In this document: in pieces, positions 1 to 9,051 of the stretch
Layout: each line of letters starts with the position of its first letter
Numbering within the stretch: the first letter of the stretch is position 1
Source of the DNA: an uncultured Solirubrobacterales bacterium
GTDB taxonomy: Bacteria; Actinomycetota; Thermoleophilia; Solirubrobacterales; 70-9
DNA length: 64,000 nt
Reading direction: 5' to 3'
Assembly (NCBI GenBank): GCA_963851045.1
Contig: CAWKNC010000001.1
Location: 55,537-119,536 of the forward strand
Translations under genes and position numbers: made by a program
The notes under the pieces: model-generated
What the model saw: the letters and a program-made list of their open reading frames with translations, nothing else
Database searches by the model: none
Told to the model about the DNA's origin: nothing

Positions 1-1
1 G

Positions 2-580
2 TTGCTCGAGAACGCCGTCGCCACCGCCGCGGGCCTGTTCGCGATCATCCTCATGTTCGGACCCGTTTCGGGCGGGCACTTCAACCCGGTGGTCTCGCTG
101 GTCGACGCGCGACTCGGCGGGATCTCGCGACGACACGCCTTCGCCTACATCCCGACTCAGGTCGCCGGCTGTATCACCGGCGCGATCGCTGCGAACGTGA
201 TGTTCGAGCGGGCCGCGATCAGCATTTCCGAGACCCATCGCGCCTCGCCCGCCCACCTCTTCGCCGAGGTGATCGCGACCCTCGGCCTGCTCCTGGTGAT
301 CCTCTCGCTGGCGCGCACGAACCGCCTCTCGTTCGCTCCGGCGGCGGTCGGCGCCTACATCGGCGCCGCCTACTTCTTCACGAGCTCGACGAGCTTCGCC
401 AACCCGGCGATCACGATCGGCCGCATGTTCTCGGACACGTTCGCCGGGATCGCACCGGCGGCGGTCCCGGGGTTCATCGGCGCCCAGCTGATCGGCGGCG
501 CGATCGCACTCGCAGTGATTCTCGCGCTGTATCCGGGCGCACCCCCGGCGGCGGATACTCAGTCCTCGGAGAGCTTGTAA
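2..580 (+). CDS. MIP/aquaporin-family channel, 5' end outside the window
   Basis: The translation carries both MIP signature loops (HFNPVVS and NPAITIG) and Gly/Ala-rich TM helices. The ORF is open at the window edge. Confidence 0.85.
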   Translation: MLENAVATAAGLFAIILMFGPVSGGHFNPVVSLVDARLGGISRRHAFAYIPTQVAGCITGAIAANVMFERAAISISETHRASPAHLFAEVIATLGLLLVILSLARTNRLSFAPAAVGAYIGAAYFFTSSTSFANPAITIGRMFSDTFAGIAPAAVPGFIGAQLIGGAIALAVILALYPGAPPAADTQSSESL

Positions 581-1257
581 CCGACCCCGCGCACCGTCAG
601 CACGAGCTCGGGGTCCTGGGGATCGAGCTCGACCTTCTGGCGGAGATTGGAGATGTGGACGTCGCAGGCGCGAACGTCGCCGGAGAACTCCGTCTGCCAG
701 AGCTCCTCCATGATCTCGCGCCGGCTGAAGACCTGCCCGGGGCGCTCGGCGAGCAGGCGCAGGACCTGGAACTCGGAGCGGGTGAGATTTGCCGGCTCGC
801 CGCGAATCGAGACGAGGTGGCGAGCGAGGTCGATACGAACCTGGCCGGCCTCGATCGTCTTCGCCTCGGTGACCGTGCTGGTCCGATCGAGGTCGCGGCG
901 GCGCAGCTGGGCGCGGACGCGACCGATGAGCTCGCGCACCGAAAACGGCTTGGTGACGTAGTCGTCGGCACCGACCTCGAGCCCGACGACCTTGTCGACC
1001 TCCTGGTCCTTTGCGGTCAGGAGGATGATCGGAACCGGGCTGCGCGCGCGAACGTCGCGGCAGATGTCGAGACCGCTGCGCCCCGGCATCATGATGTCGA
1101 GGATCAGCAGATCAAAGCCAGGATCGGTCCCGCCGAGCTTCGCGTCGGCGTCCTCGCCGTCGACCGCGAGGGTGACGTCGAATCCCTCCTGGCCCAGGGC
1201 GTAGGCAACGGCCTCGCGCACCGAGGGCTCATCGTCGGCTATGAGAATCCGGTCCAT
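559..1257 (-). CDS. OmpR/PhoB-family response regulator
   Basis: Receiver domain (ILIADDE...DLLILDIMMPG...LTAK) plus winged-helix C-terminus (LTVRGVGYKL). ATG at 1257 is preferred over TTG at 1260. Converges on and overlaps the aquaporin 3' end by 22 nt. Confidence 0.9.
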   Translation of the reverse strand: MDRILIADDEPSVREAVAYALGQEGFDVTLAVDGEDADAKLGGTDPGFDLLILDIMMPGRSGLDICRDVRARSPVPIILLTAKDQEVDKVVGLEVGADDYVTKPFSVRELIGRVRAQLRRRDLDRTSTVTEAKTIEAGQVRIDLARHLVSIRGEPANLTRSEFQVLRLLAERPGQVFSRREIMEELWQTEFSGDVRACDVHISNLRQKVELDPQDPELVLTVRGVGYKLSED

Positions 1258-1266
1258 CAAGCGTCG

Positions 1267-3000
1267 TCACGCTACAGGGGTCGAGGCAGGTTGCGCCGCA
1301 CGCAGGCGAACGGTGAACGTAGCGCCCTCGCCCTCGGTCGACTCGACCTCGATCTCGCCCCCCATCACGTCGACCATCCGACGCGCGATCGACAGGCCCA
1401 GCCCGAAGCCCTCCTTCTCGAGCGAGCCGGTGCCGCGATAGAAGCGCTCGAAGATGCGGCCGATGTCCTCGGGCGCGATGCCGACACCGCTGTCGGCGAT
1501 CGCGATCCGGACCTCACCGTCGACCTGGTCGGCGCGGATCTCAACCCGGCCGGGCGGCGGCGTGTGCTTGAACGCATTGGTGAGAAGGCCGATCAGGACC
1601 TGGCGCAGCAACACTCGATCGCCGCGTGCCGACAGCTCACCTGAGTACTCGACGGCCACGTCGATGCCCTCCGGGACCGCGACTGCCTCGGTGGCTTCCT
1701 CGATCACGAGCGCAACGTCCAGGGCCTCCGCTCCGCCCTCGCCCACGGCCTCCATGCGCGCCAACGTCAGCAGCGACTCGGTGAGGCGGCTGATTCGCTC
1801 CGAGTCCTCCGAGAGCCGCTTGAGGAAATGGTCGCGGGCGATCGGATCCTCCTTGGCGCCCGCGCGCAGAACCTCAACCGCCCCCGAGATCCCGGCGATC
1901 GGGTTTCGTAGCTCGTGCGCGGCGTTGGAGACGAAATCGCGCTCGGCCACCTCCCGGCGCAGCTCCTCACTGCGGTCGCGGACGACGGCCAGCACCGCCC
2001 CCTCCGCGGGCAGCAGCCGCGCATTGAGCGAGTAGACGCTCTCGCCGATCCGCAGCGCGTCGTTTTCGACCACGGCGCGGATCGCAGTCCGGCGCAGCCA
2101 GGGCCGCAGGGCGTCGATCGCGCGGCCGTCGGCGTCGATGAGGTCCTTGGCCGCGGCGTTTGAGAACCGCACCTCCCCATCGGGTGAGACGACCATGACG
2201 GCATCGGAGAGCGCCTCGAAGATCGCGGAGAGGCGGTCGCGCTCCTCGCGCAGCGCACTGAAGGTCTGGCGCAGGGCGCCGCGCATCGTCTCGAGCGCAC
2301 GGCCGAGATCGGTGATCTCGTCTCGGCCTCCGGTTCCCTCGAGTGGCTCCTCGAGCTCGCCCTCGCTGATCCGCGCAGCGCTGTCGGCGAGGCGCTTGAT
2401 GCGCGAGGTGATCGCGCTTGCCGTCAAGAACGAGATCAGCACGGCGACCAAGACCGCGACTCCGAGTGCCGTCAGCCGCGAGCGCCGCAACTCGCCGATT
2501 GCGGCCTGCACGTCGGGCGGCCGAAACGAGCGCCCGAGGATCGCGCCGTCGATCGAGCCCTCGCGCAGGATCGGCACCGCGACCACGGTCACCCCGCCCG
2601 GGAAGTCCTCGACATAGCGGCTGCCGATGATGGCTGACTGAACAGCGCGCCGAGCACCGGGAACCGCGAGCAGTTCGACCCCTTGCGATCGCCGCTCGGT
2701 CTGCAGGCGCCCGATGCTGTCGAAGACCCATGCGGAGTATCCCTGCCCGCTGATTCCGGCGAGGGTCGCTGCGGCATTGCGGGGAGGGCGGTTGCCGATC
2801 TCGTCGGCGAGTCCGACGGTCCGCCCCACCGCAAGCTGCGTCAGGTCCTCGTCAGCGGCCCGCTCGCCGGTGTCGGAGACGAGCAAATATGCGAGGCCCG
2901 CGGTGATCAGCGCGACCGAGGCGAAGGCCAGGGCCAGGTAAAGGCGCACGCCGAACGGACGGCGCCTGACCGATCGTGGGCGGCTGCGGCTTGCCGACAT
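1267..3000 (-). CDS. sensor histidine kinase (TM, HAMP, PAS-like, HisKA, HATPase_c)
   Basis: H-box SNAAHELRNPI, and N/G boxes (LTNAFKHT, DSGVGI, GFGLGLSI). N-terminal TM helix. Lies 9 nt upstream of the response regulator. Confidence 0.9.
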   Translation of the reverse strand: MSASRSRPRSVRRRPFGVRLYLALAFASVALITAGLAYLLVSDTGERAADEDLTQLAVGRTVGLADEIGNRPPRNAAATLAGISGQGYSAWVFDSIGRLQTERRSQGVELLAVPGARRAVQSAIIGSRYVEDFPGGVTVVAVPILREGSIDGAILGRSFRPPDVQAAIGELRRSRLTALGVAVLVAVLISFLTASAITSRIKRLADSAARISEGELEEPLEGTGGRDEITDLGRALETMRGALRQTFSALREERDRLSAIFEALSDAVMVVSPDGEVRFSNAAAKDLIDADGRAIDALRPWLRRTAIRAVVENDALRIGESVYSLNARLLPAEGAVLAVVRDRSEELRREVAERDFVSNAAHELRNPIAGISGAVEVLRAGAKEDPIARDHFLKRLSEDSERISRLTESLLTLARMEAVGEGGAEALDVALVIEEATEAVAVPEGIDVAVEYSGELSARGDRVLLRQVLIGLLTNAFKHTPPPGRVEIRADQVDGEVRIAIADSGVGIAPEDIGRIFERFYRGTGSLEKEGFGLGLSIARRMVDVMGGEIEVESTEGEGATFTVRLRAAQPASTPVA

Positions 3001-3013
3001 CGCGCCCGATTAT

Positions 3014-4172
3014 CTACTGCGAACTATGCGGAAGCTGAACTCGCGCGTTTTCGAGGCGCAGCAGGTACTCGATCCGAAACACCAACGCCTCGAGCGCAAG
3101 GGTCTCCGAGACGTTGACCTCGAGGCGGCGGCGAGTGTCGAGCACGAGCTCACCGGCGCGACGTGCGCGACGGCCGTCAAGACCGGCGCCGATCTCTTCA
3201 AGCAGCTCGCGGCGGTCGGCGTTGAGCGCCAGTTCGGGTCCACCTTCGGCAACCGCGACGAGGTCGCGCATCCAGGCCCCGAGCAGCGCGAGACCGAGGT
3301 CGAGCGTCTCCGTACGGGCCCGGCGCGAGGCGCGTTTTGCCGACTCCTCCGCCTCGCGAGCGCGGCGGCGAGCCGGCGGTCCTGAGCGCTCGGCCTCGTC
3401 GGCTTCGGCTTCCTCGAAGCGTGCCCGCACCGCGGCGGCCTCGGTCTCCGCAGCAGCGTCGGCAGCCGTCGCGATCGCCTGCCAGGGCGAGCCGCTCAAC
3501 TCGCCGGCGCGTGCCGCGACGGCGACCGCCTCAACGGCCTCGCGCAGCGCCCGCCCCTCGTCGGTCAGCAAAAAGCGCGCGCGGCCAACGTCCCCGCCGG
3601 CCAGCCGCGCGGCAGCACTTCGCTCCGCTCCGGCAGCGTGGTCGCTGAGCAGCTCCTCCACCGCGTCCGGTCCAAGCCGGGCGAAGACGACCTCGCGACA
3701 GCGCGAGCGCACGGTTTCGAGCAGTGCCTCGGGCTCGGCGCTGACGAGAATCAAATGGGCAAACGCCGGCGGCTCCTCGAGCGTCTTGAGAAGAGCGTTC
3801 TGACTCTCCTCGGCCATCGCGTCGGCGGCCTCGACCACGAAAACCCTGCGGTCTGCCCTCGAACGGGCGATAGGCGACCTGGCCGATGACCTGCTCGCGC
3901 ACGTCCTCGACCAGGTGCTGAGTCCCGCGCGGTCGCAGCCAGACGAGATCGGGGTGCGGCGACGGGTCGGCGAGCACGCGCCGGCGTGTGTCGTCGGGGT
4001 CGTCAGCGCCCTCGGCGATCAGCTCAGCTGCGAGCGCTCGGGCTGCTGCCGCCTTGCCGGCGCCCGGCGGACCGACGAGGAGATAAGCGTGGAAGGGGGC
4101 ACGCGTCGCAGCGCCAAGGGCAACCCGCGCGGAGGGCTGATTGGTGGTCGCTTCCTCGATCGCAGTGGTCAT
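3014..4172 (-). pseudogene. holB: DNA polymerase III delta-prime subunit with one frame break (possibly a sequence error)
   Basis: ORF 3531..4172 gives the AAA+ N-terminus (LLVGPPGAGK). ORF 3014..3838 gives VVEAADAMAEESQNALLKTLEEPP and SRC. The two are 1 nt out of phase near 3840-3849, and the 1159-nt span is 3n+1. ATGA overlap with the tmk stop. Confidence 0.8.
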
Positions 4173-4759
4173 CGACGCACCTCCACGAGGCGGCGGATCT
4201 CCGCGGCGATTCCGTCCACGTCACCCTCGGCCTCGACGACGGCGATGCGCTCGGGATGTCGCGTGGCGAGGTCGTCATAGGCGGCGGCGACCGCTCGCTG
4301 GAACTCGATTCCCTCGCGCTCGAAGCGGTCGTCTCCGTCGCTGCGGCGAGCGACCGCACCGTCGGGATCGATCCGAAGCAGCAGCGTCAGGTCCGGCACG
4401 CATTCGCCGATCACAAGGGCGTTGAGTTGTTCGACTACCTCGATTCCGAGCCCGCGAGCCACGCCCTGGTAGGCGACGGTCGAGTCGATGTAGCGGTCGC
4501 AGACCACATCGATGCCGGCCTCGCGAGCGGGGGCGATCACCTCCACCGCAAGCTGGGCGCGAGCTGCGTTGAACAGCAGCAGCTCGGCACCCGGGGTGAG
4601 CTCGAGATCGGGATCCTTGAGCAGCGCGCGAATCCGCTCGCCGGCATCCGTTCCCCCCGGTTCGCGAAGCAGCAACGTCTCGGGACCGAGAGCCTCGGCC
4701 AGCAACGCGGCCTGTGTGGACTTGCCGGAGCGGTCGATTCCCTCGAGGGTGATGAACAC
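4169..4759 (-). CDS. tmk: thymidylate kinase
   Basis: VFITLEGIDRSGKSTQ P-loop, DRY motif and LID-region arginines. GTG at 4759 is chosen because the longer ORF (to 4891) would overlap the topA 3' end with Arg/Pro-rich filler. Confidence 0.85.
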   Translation of the reverse strand: MFITLEGIDRSGKSTQAALLAEALGPETLLLREPGGTDAGERIRALLKDPDLELTPGAELLLFNAARAQLAVEVIAPAREAGIDVVCDRYIDSTVAYQGVARGLGIEVVEQLNALVIGECVPDLTLLLRIDPDGAVARRSDGDDRFEREGIEFQRAVAAAYDDLATRHPERIAVVEAEGDVDGIAAEIRRLVEVRR

Positions 4760-4781
4760 TGCCGCGGCTCGGCCGTTGGGC

Positions 4782-7136
4782 CTAGGTCTTCGACTTGGCC
4801 CGTTTGGTGCGCGCCGTGGTCGGCGCGGGCTTCTTCGGACCACGCCTGCCCCCGCGCTTGGCCGGCGCCGTCGCGCCGTCGGCCGCGTCACCGTCGACGG
4901 GCGCCTTCTCGCCTGCGGCCTTCGCGGCGGCCGCTGCTTCCTTGGCCGCCTCGCGCTCGGCGCGCTTCTCGCGCATCTCGACCATGGTCGGGCAGTCGTC
5001 GTTGAGGCAGAGCTTCCAGGGACGGCCGGGGCCGCGCTTTTTCACCGTCAGACGGGGCCGCTCGCCGCAGACCGAGCAGACCTCCTCGAGGCGCCAGAGC
5101 TCGTAGAAGCGGCCGGGCAGCGGGCCGCTGACCGGGCATGAGTCGGGATTGGGCGGGGGCTCGGGCTTGCCCTCCTCGGCCGCCGGCGGCCGGATCCAGC
5201 CCTCGCAGCCATACATGCGCTTGCCGCCCTTGAGGTCGATGATGCGCAGGCGGTTGGGCTCGCCGTTCTCGCGCTTGCGCCCAGCCTCCTGGCAGACCTT
5301 GCAGGGCCCGAGGAACTTGTCCTCGTCCATGCCTTCCCAGATCTGCTTGGCGAAGTCCTCACGCTTTTCCTCGAGCTCGGTGATCGTGGGGTGGAGCATC
5401 TCGCGGCTGATCCGCACAACCTCGTCCTTCGAGGTCTCCCCTGCGGCGATCTTGTCCATGTCGGACTCGAGCTCGGCGGTCATCTCCGGCGTTGCCATCT
5501 TCGGGACGTATTCGTGGAACGCCTTGTACATCGCGATACCGGTCTCCGAGGGCTCGGGCGGGTTCGAGAAGACGTAGCCACGGTCGTAGAGCTTTTGGAT
5601 GATGTCCGCGCGTGTGGCCTTCGTTCCGAGGCCGCGCTCCTCCATCAGCTCGATCAGCTTGCCCTGGCTGATCCTCGACGGCGGCTGGGTCTCCTTGTCG
5701 ACGATCCACGGCTCGCCCTCGATGTCGAGCGACTGGCCCTCCTCGAGCGCCGGGATCTCGTCGTCCGAGGAACGCGCGTAGGTGTAGATCGCGGCGTAGC
5801 CCGGGTCGACCACGACGGAGCCGCGCACGAAGTAGGTCTCCGAGCCGGCCTCGATGTCGGCGCGCGTGGACTCGGTGATCATCGGCTCGCTGAACGTCGC
5901 GAGGAAGCGGCGCACGACCAGCTCGTACACGCGCTTCTTGGGCCCGTCGAGAGCGCCCGGATAAACGGCCTGGGTCGGATAGATCGGCGGGTGGTCGGTC
6001 GTTTCCTTCTTGCCGCGAGTCGCGACGAGCGGCTTGTCGAGCAGGCCCTTGGCCGCCTCGAAGTCGGGGATCCGCACCAGCGACTGCACCAGCTCCTTGG
6101 TGTTCAGCGACGCGGGGTAGACGGTGTTGTCGGTGCGCGGATAGGAGATGAACCCATCCATGTAGAGGTCCTCGGCGATCCGCATCGCGGCTGCGGGAGT
6201 GATCCCGAGGCGGCTCGAGGCGTCGGTGGTGAAGGCCGTGGTGTTGAGCGGGGTCGGGGGCTTGCGCGTGTTGCGACGCGAGCTGACCTCCTTGACGACG
6301 CCCGGGCTCTTCGTGCCGGCGATCGCAGCATCGGCCTCGGCCTTCTCCCAGAACTTGTCGACCGAGTGGTGCGCCTCGAACGAGCCGTCTGGATGCTGGA
6401 AGTTCGCGAACACCTCCCAGAAGGGCTTGGGCACATGCGCGCGGCGCTCGAGCTCGCGCTCGACCACGAGGGCGAGGGTCGGGCTCTGCACCCGGCCGAC
6501 CGAGAGGAAGTTGGATCCGAAGCGGCGGCTTGCGAGCGAGACCGCGCGGGTGAGCGTCGCGCCCCAGATCAGATCGATGTCCTGGCGCGCGGAGCCGGCG
6601 TAGGCAAGGTCGTAGGAGAGCTGGTCGAGATTCGAGAAAGCGCGCTCGATCTCGTCCTTGGTCAGCGCGGAGTAGCGCGCGCGCTGGACCGGGGGGCGGA
6701 CCTCGTACAACCCGCTGGAGACATTGTCACTGGCGGCGATCGCCTCGATGATCTTCGGGTTTGCCTCGAGCGCCTGCTGAAGCGCCTCGAGGCCGATCAG
6801 CTCGCCCTCGCGATCGAAGTCGGTCGCGATGACGACCTCGTCGGCGCCCTTGGACAGCTTGCGGACCGCTTTGACGACGTTCTTGTCGGTCGGCTCGGGC
6901 ACGAGCTCGGCGTCGATCAGCTCGTGGAGGTCGGTCTCCTGCCAGTTCGAATAGCCCTCGGGGAACGCCACTCCCATGACGTGGCCCTTGAGCCCGACGG
7001 TCATGTGATCGCCCTCGGAATCGGTCCAGGTGTAGAACGGAACCTTGTACGTGGCGTCGTTCTTTGCCTCGCCCGACGAGAGGATCTCAGCGATTTTCTT
7101 CGCCGAGTTGTTCTTTTCGGTGATGATCAGCCTCAA
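4782..7136 (-). CDS. topA: type IA DNA topoisomerase (topA locus)
   Basis: Toprim (RLIITEKNNSAKKIAEIL, ATDFDREGE), catalytic Tyr context GFISYPRTDN, C-terminal Cys-rich Zn-ribbon motifs and a Lys/Arg/Ala tail. TTG at 7136 is the proposed start. The ORF extends to 7277, but that extension has no topoisomerase similarity. Confidence 0.85.
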   Translation of the reverse strand: MRLIITEKNNSAKKIAEILSSGEAKNDATYKVPFYTWTDSEGDHMTVGLKGHVMGVAFPEGYSNWQETDLHELIDAELVPEPTDKNVVKAVRKLSKGADEVVIATDFDREGELIGLEALQQALEANPKIIEAIAASDNVSSGLYEVRPPVQRARYSALTKDEIERAFSNLDQLSYDLAYAGSARQDIDLIWGATLTRAVSLASRRFGSNFLSVGRVQSPTLALVVERELERRAHVPKPFWEVFANFQHPDGSFEAHHSVDKFWEKAEADAAIAGTKSPGVVKEVSSRRNTRKPPTPLNTTAFTTDASSRLGITPAAAMRIAEDLYMDGFISYPRTDNTVYPASLNTKELVQSLVRIPDFEAAKGLLDKPLVATRGKKETTDHPPIYPTQAVYPGALDGPKKRVYELVVRRFLATFSEPMITESTRADIEAGSETYFVRGSVVVDPGYAAIYTYARSSDDEIPALEEGQSLDIEGEPWIVDKETQPPSRISQGKLIELMEERGLGTKATRADIIQKLYDRGYVFSNPPEPSETGIAMYKAFHEYVPKMATPEMTAELESDMDKIAAGETSKDEVVRISREMLHPTITELEEKREDFAKQIWEGMDEDKFLGPCKVCQEAGRKRENGEPNRLRIIDLKGGKRMYGCEGWIRPPAAEEGKPEPPPNPDSCPVSGPLPGRFYELWRLEEVCSVCGERPRLTVKKRGPGRPWKLCLNDDCPTMVEMREKRAEREAAKEAAAAAKAAGEKAPVDGDAADGATAPAKRGGRRGPKKPAPTTARTKRAKSKT

Positions 7137-7310
7137 GCGGCGCGAGAGTAGCAGGGGGTCTGGGCGGCCCCAAAGGGGTGCACGCACGCACCCGAAGGGT
7201 GCGCAATCGCGCTCACTAACCTCCTTGCAATGCCAGCCCAGCAATTCGCAGGCAAGGAATGCGTCTGTCAGTACCACCGCGGGATCTGCGATCAGAGCTG
7301 CGTTCGCGGC

Positions 7311-7976
7311 ATGCTCGAGACGCCGTTTTACATTGCGTGCCTGCGCCTTGACGGCCGCAACACGCTGGTCGTGGGTGGCGGCGAGATCGGTCTGGAGAAG
7401 GTCGAGGGGGTGCTCGCCTGCAACGGCAACGTCACGCTCGTCGCACCCGAGGCCAACGAGGCTTTACAGGCGCTCGCAGCGGAGGGCTCGATCACCTGGG
7501 AAAAGCGCCCATATGAGTCTGCGGACCTCGAGGGCAAGTTCATGGCGATCGCCGCCACCAACGACACCGAGGTCAACATCTCCGTTTACGAGGACGCCGA
7601 GCGCCGCGCGATGTTGGTCAACGTCGTCGACGTCCCCTCGCTGTGCAACTTCATCCTGCCCGCGATCGTGCGTACCGGCCCGCTGGCGATCGCGATCTCG
7701 ACCGCCGGCGCCTCGCCCGCGCTCGCCAAGCGGATCAAGGCCGAGATCTCCGAGTCCTTCGGCGAGCCGTATGCGCGTCTTGCCGTGATTCTCAACGATG
7801 CCCGCGGCTGGGCGAAGGGCAACCTGCCGACCTACCAGGACCGCAAGCAGTTCTTCGAGGGCATCGTCAACGGCGATCCGGACCCGATCGAGCTTCTCCG
7901 CGAGGGCCGCGACCGCGACGTCGTCGAGCTGATCGAGGCCGCGAAGGCGCGAACGCCCGTCGCCGGCCAGATCTAA
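7311..7976 (+). CDS. precorrin-2 dehydrogenase / sirohydrochlorin ferrochelatase (siroheme synthase N-terminal type, SirC/CysG-N-like)
   Basis: Rossmann motif [13 protein letters not shown], then NVVD and [25 protein letters not shown], typical of this family. ATG at 7311 is chosen within ORF 7230..7976. Confidence 0.8.
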   Translation: MLETPFYIACLRLDGRNTLVVGGGEIGLEKVEGVLACNGNVTLVAPEANEALQALAAEGSITWEKRPYESADLEGKFMAIAATNDTEVNISVYEDAERRAMLVNVVDVPSLCNFILPAIVRTGPLAIAISTAGASPALAKRIKAEISESFGEPYARLAVILNDARGWAKGNLPTYQDRKQFFEGIVNGDPDPIELLREGRDRDVVELIEAAKARTPVAGQI

Positions 7977-7987
7977 GGACGGCTGAC

Positions 7988-8982
7988 ATGAGACTGCAGA
8001 CAACTCGGCGATTCCGACCTCGAGGTCTCTGAAATCTCGCTTGGCTCCTGGCTCACCTACTCAGGCGGGATCGAGCGCGAGCACACCGAGGCCTGCACCC
8101 GCGCCGCCTTCGACGCCGGGATCAACTTCTTCGACACGGCAAACGTCTACGGGACCGGTGCCTCGGAGACCGCGTGGGGCGAGATCCTCTCCGACTATGC
8201 CCGCGACTCGTTCATCCTCGCCACGAAGGTCTACTTCGAGATGGCGCCGGGCGATCGCGGCCTCTCGGCAGAGCAGATCGCGAAGCAGATCGACGCCTCG
8301 CTCGATCGCCTTCAGACCGATTACGTCGACCTCTATCAGTGCCACCGCTTCGACTCCGAGACGCCCATCGAGGAGACGATGGAGGCGCTCACCCAGGTGG
8401 TCAGCTCGGGCAAGGCGCGCTACATCGGCTTCAGCGAGTGGACGCCGGAGCAGATCCAGGCCGGCCTGGATGTCGAGGGCGCCGAGAAGTTCGTCTCCTC
8501 CCAGCCGCAGTACAACGCGATCTGGCGCGCGCCGGAGGACGAGGTGTTTCCCCTCTGCGCAGATAACGGGATCTCGCAGATCGTGTGGTCGCCGCTCGCG
8601 CAGGGCGTGCTCAGCGGCAAGTACGAGCCGGGCGCCGAGCCGCCTGAGGACTCGCGCGCGTCGAGCGACGACATGAGCGTCTTCATCAAGAGCTACCTGG
8701 CCGATCCGGTGCTCGAGGCCGTGCAGCGTCTGCGGCCGGTCGCCGACGAGGCCGGGCTGACCATGGTCGAGCTCGCGCTCGCCTGGACCCTGCGCCGGCC
8801 CGAGCTCGCCTCCGCGATCATCGGCGCGTCGCGGCCCGAGCAGGTCCACGCAAACGCGGCGGCATCGGAGATCGAGCTCTCCCAGGACACGCTCGACCGC
8901 GATCGACGAAGCGCTGGGCGATGTCGTGATCTCAGGCCAGCGTCTCGGCAACAACGCCACCGCCGAGATCAAGCACCGCTAA
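7988..8982 (+). pseudogene. aldo/keto reductase with two frame breaks
   Basis: ATG 7988 has an AGGA-type RBS and gives MRLQ. The AKR N-terminus QLGDSDLEVSEISLGSW...GINFFDTANVYG continues in another frame from ~8001. The core is ORF 8241..9038. The expected C-terminus LDRIDEALGDVVI...KHR-stop (8980-8982) lies in a third frame from ~8902. The 995-nt span is 3n+2. Confidence 0.75.
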
Positions 8983-8988
8983 CTCGGC

Positions 8989-9035
8989 TCGAAAGACGTA
9001 TCTGTCCGGACCGTCCCGACGGATTCGTCTTTCGA
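8989..9035. terminator. long GC-rich hairpin between convergent genes (putative bidirectional, U-tract-less terminator)
   Basis: TCGAAAGACG (8989-8998) pairs perfectly with CGTCTTTCGA (9026-9035). After one mismatch, a further 7 pairs form (9000-9006 with 9018-9024). The loop is 11 nt. Confidence 0.4.
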
Positions 9036-9051
9036 TGAGGAGTGGGGGCGG

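Noticed and set aside
5391-7151. A 586-aa ORF on the plus strand, antisense to topA. Similar long shadow ORFs include 655..1644, 28538..29881, 41004..42089, 44741..46063, 46390..47679, 49755..51200, 51619..52665 and 53610..54704.
   Set aside because: All lie opposite or out of frame to genes with unmistakable conserved motifs. They have Arg/Gly/Asp/Leu-rich, motif-free translations typical of stop-codon-poor alternative frames in very GC-rich DNA.
7137-7277. An N-terminal extension of the topA ORF ([20 protein letters not shown]...). Analogous extensions exist for tmk (4760..4891), the hlyIII-like gene (9910..9957), serS (37649..38032) and others.
   Set aside because: The extensions show no family similarity, overlap neighbouring genes or intergenic regions, and are Arg/Pro-rich. 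Internal starts that restore canonical N-termini were preferred.
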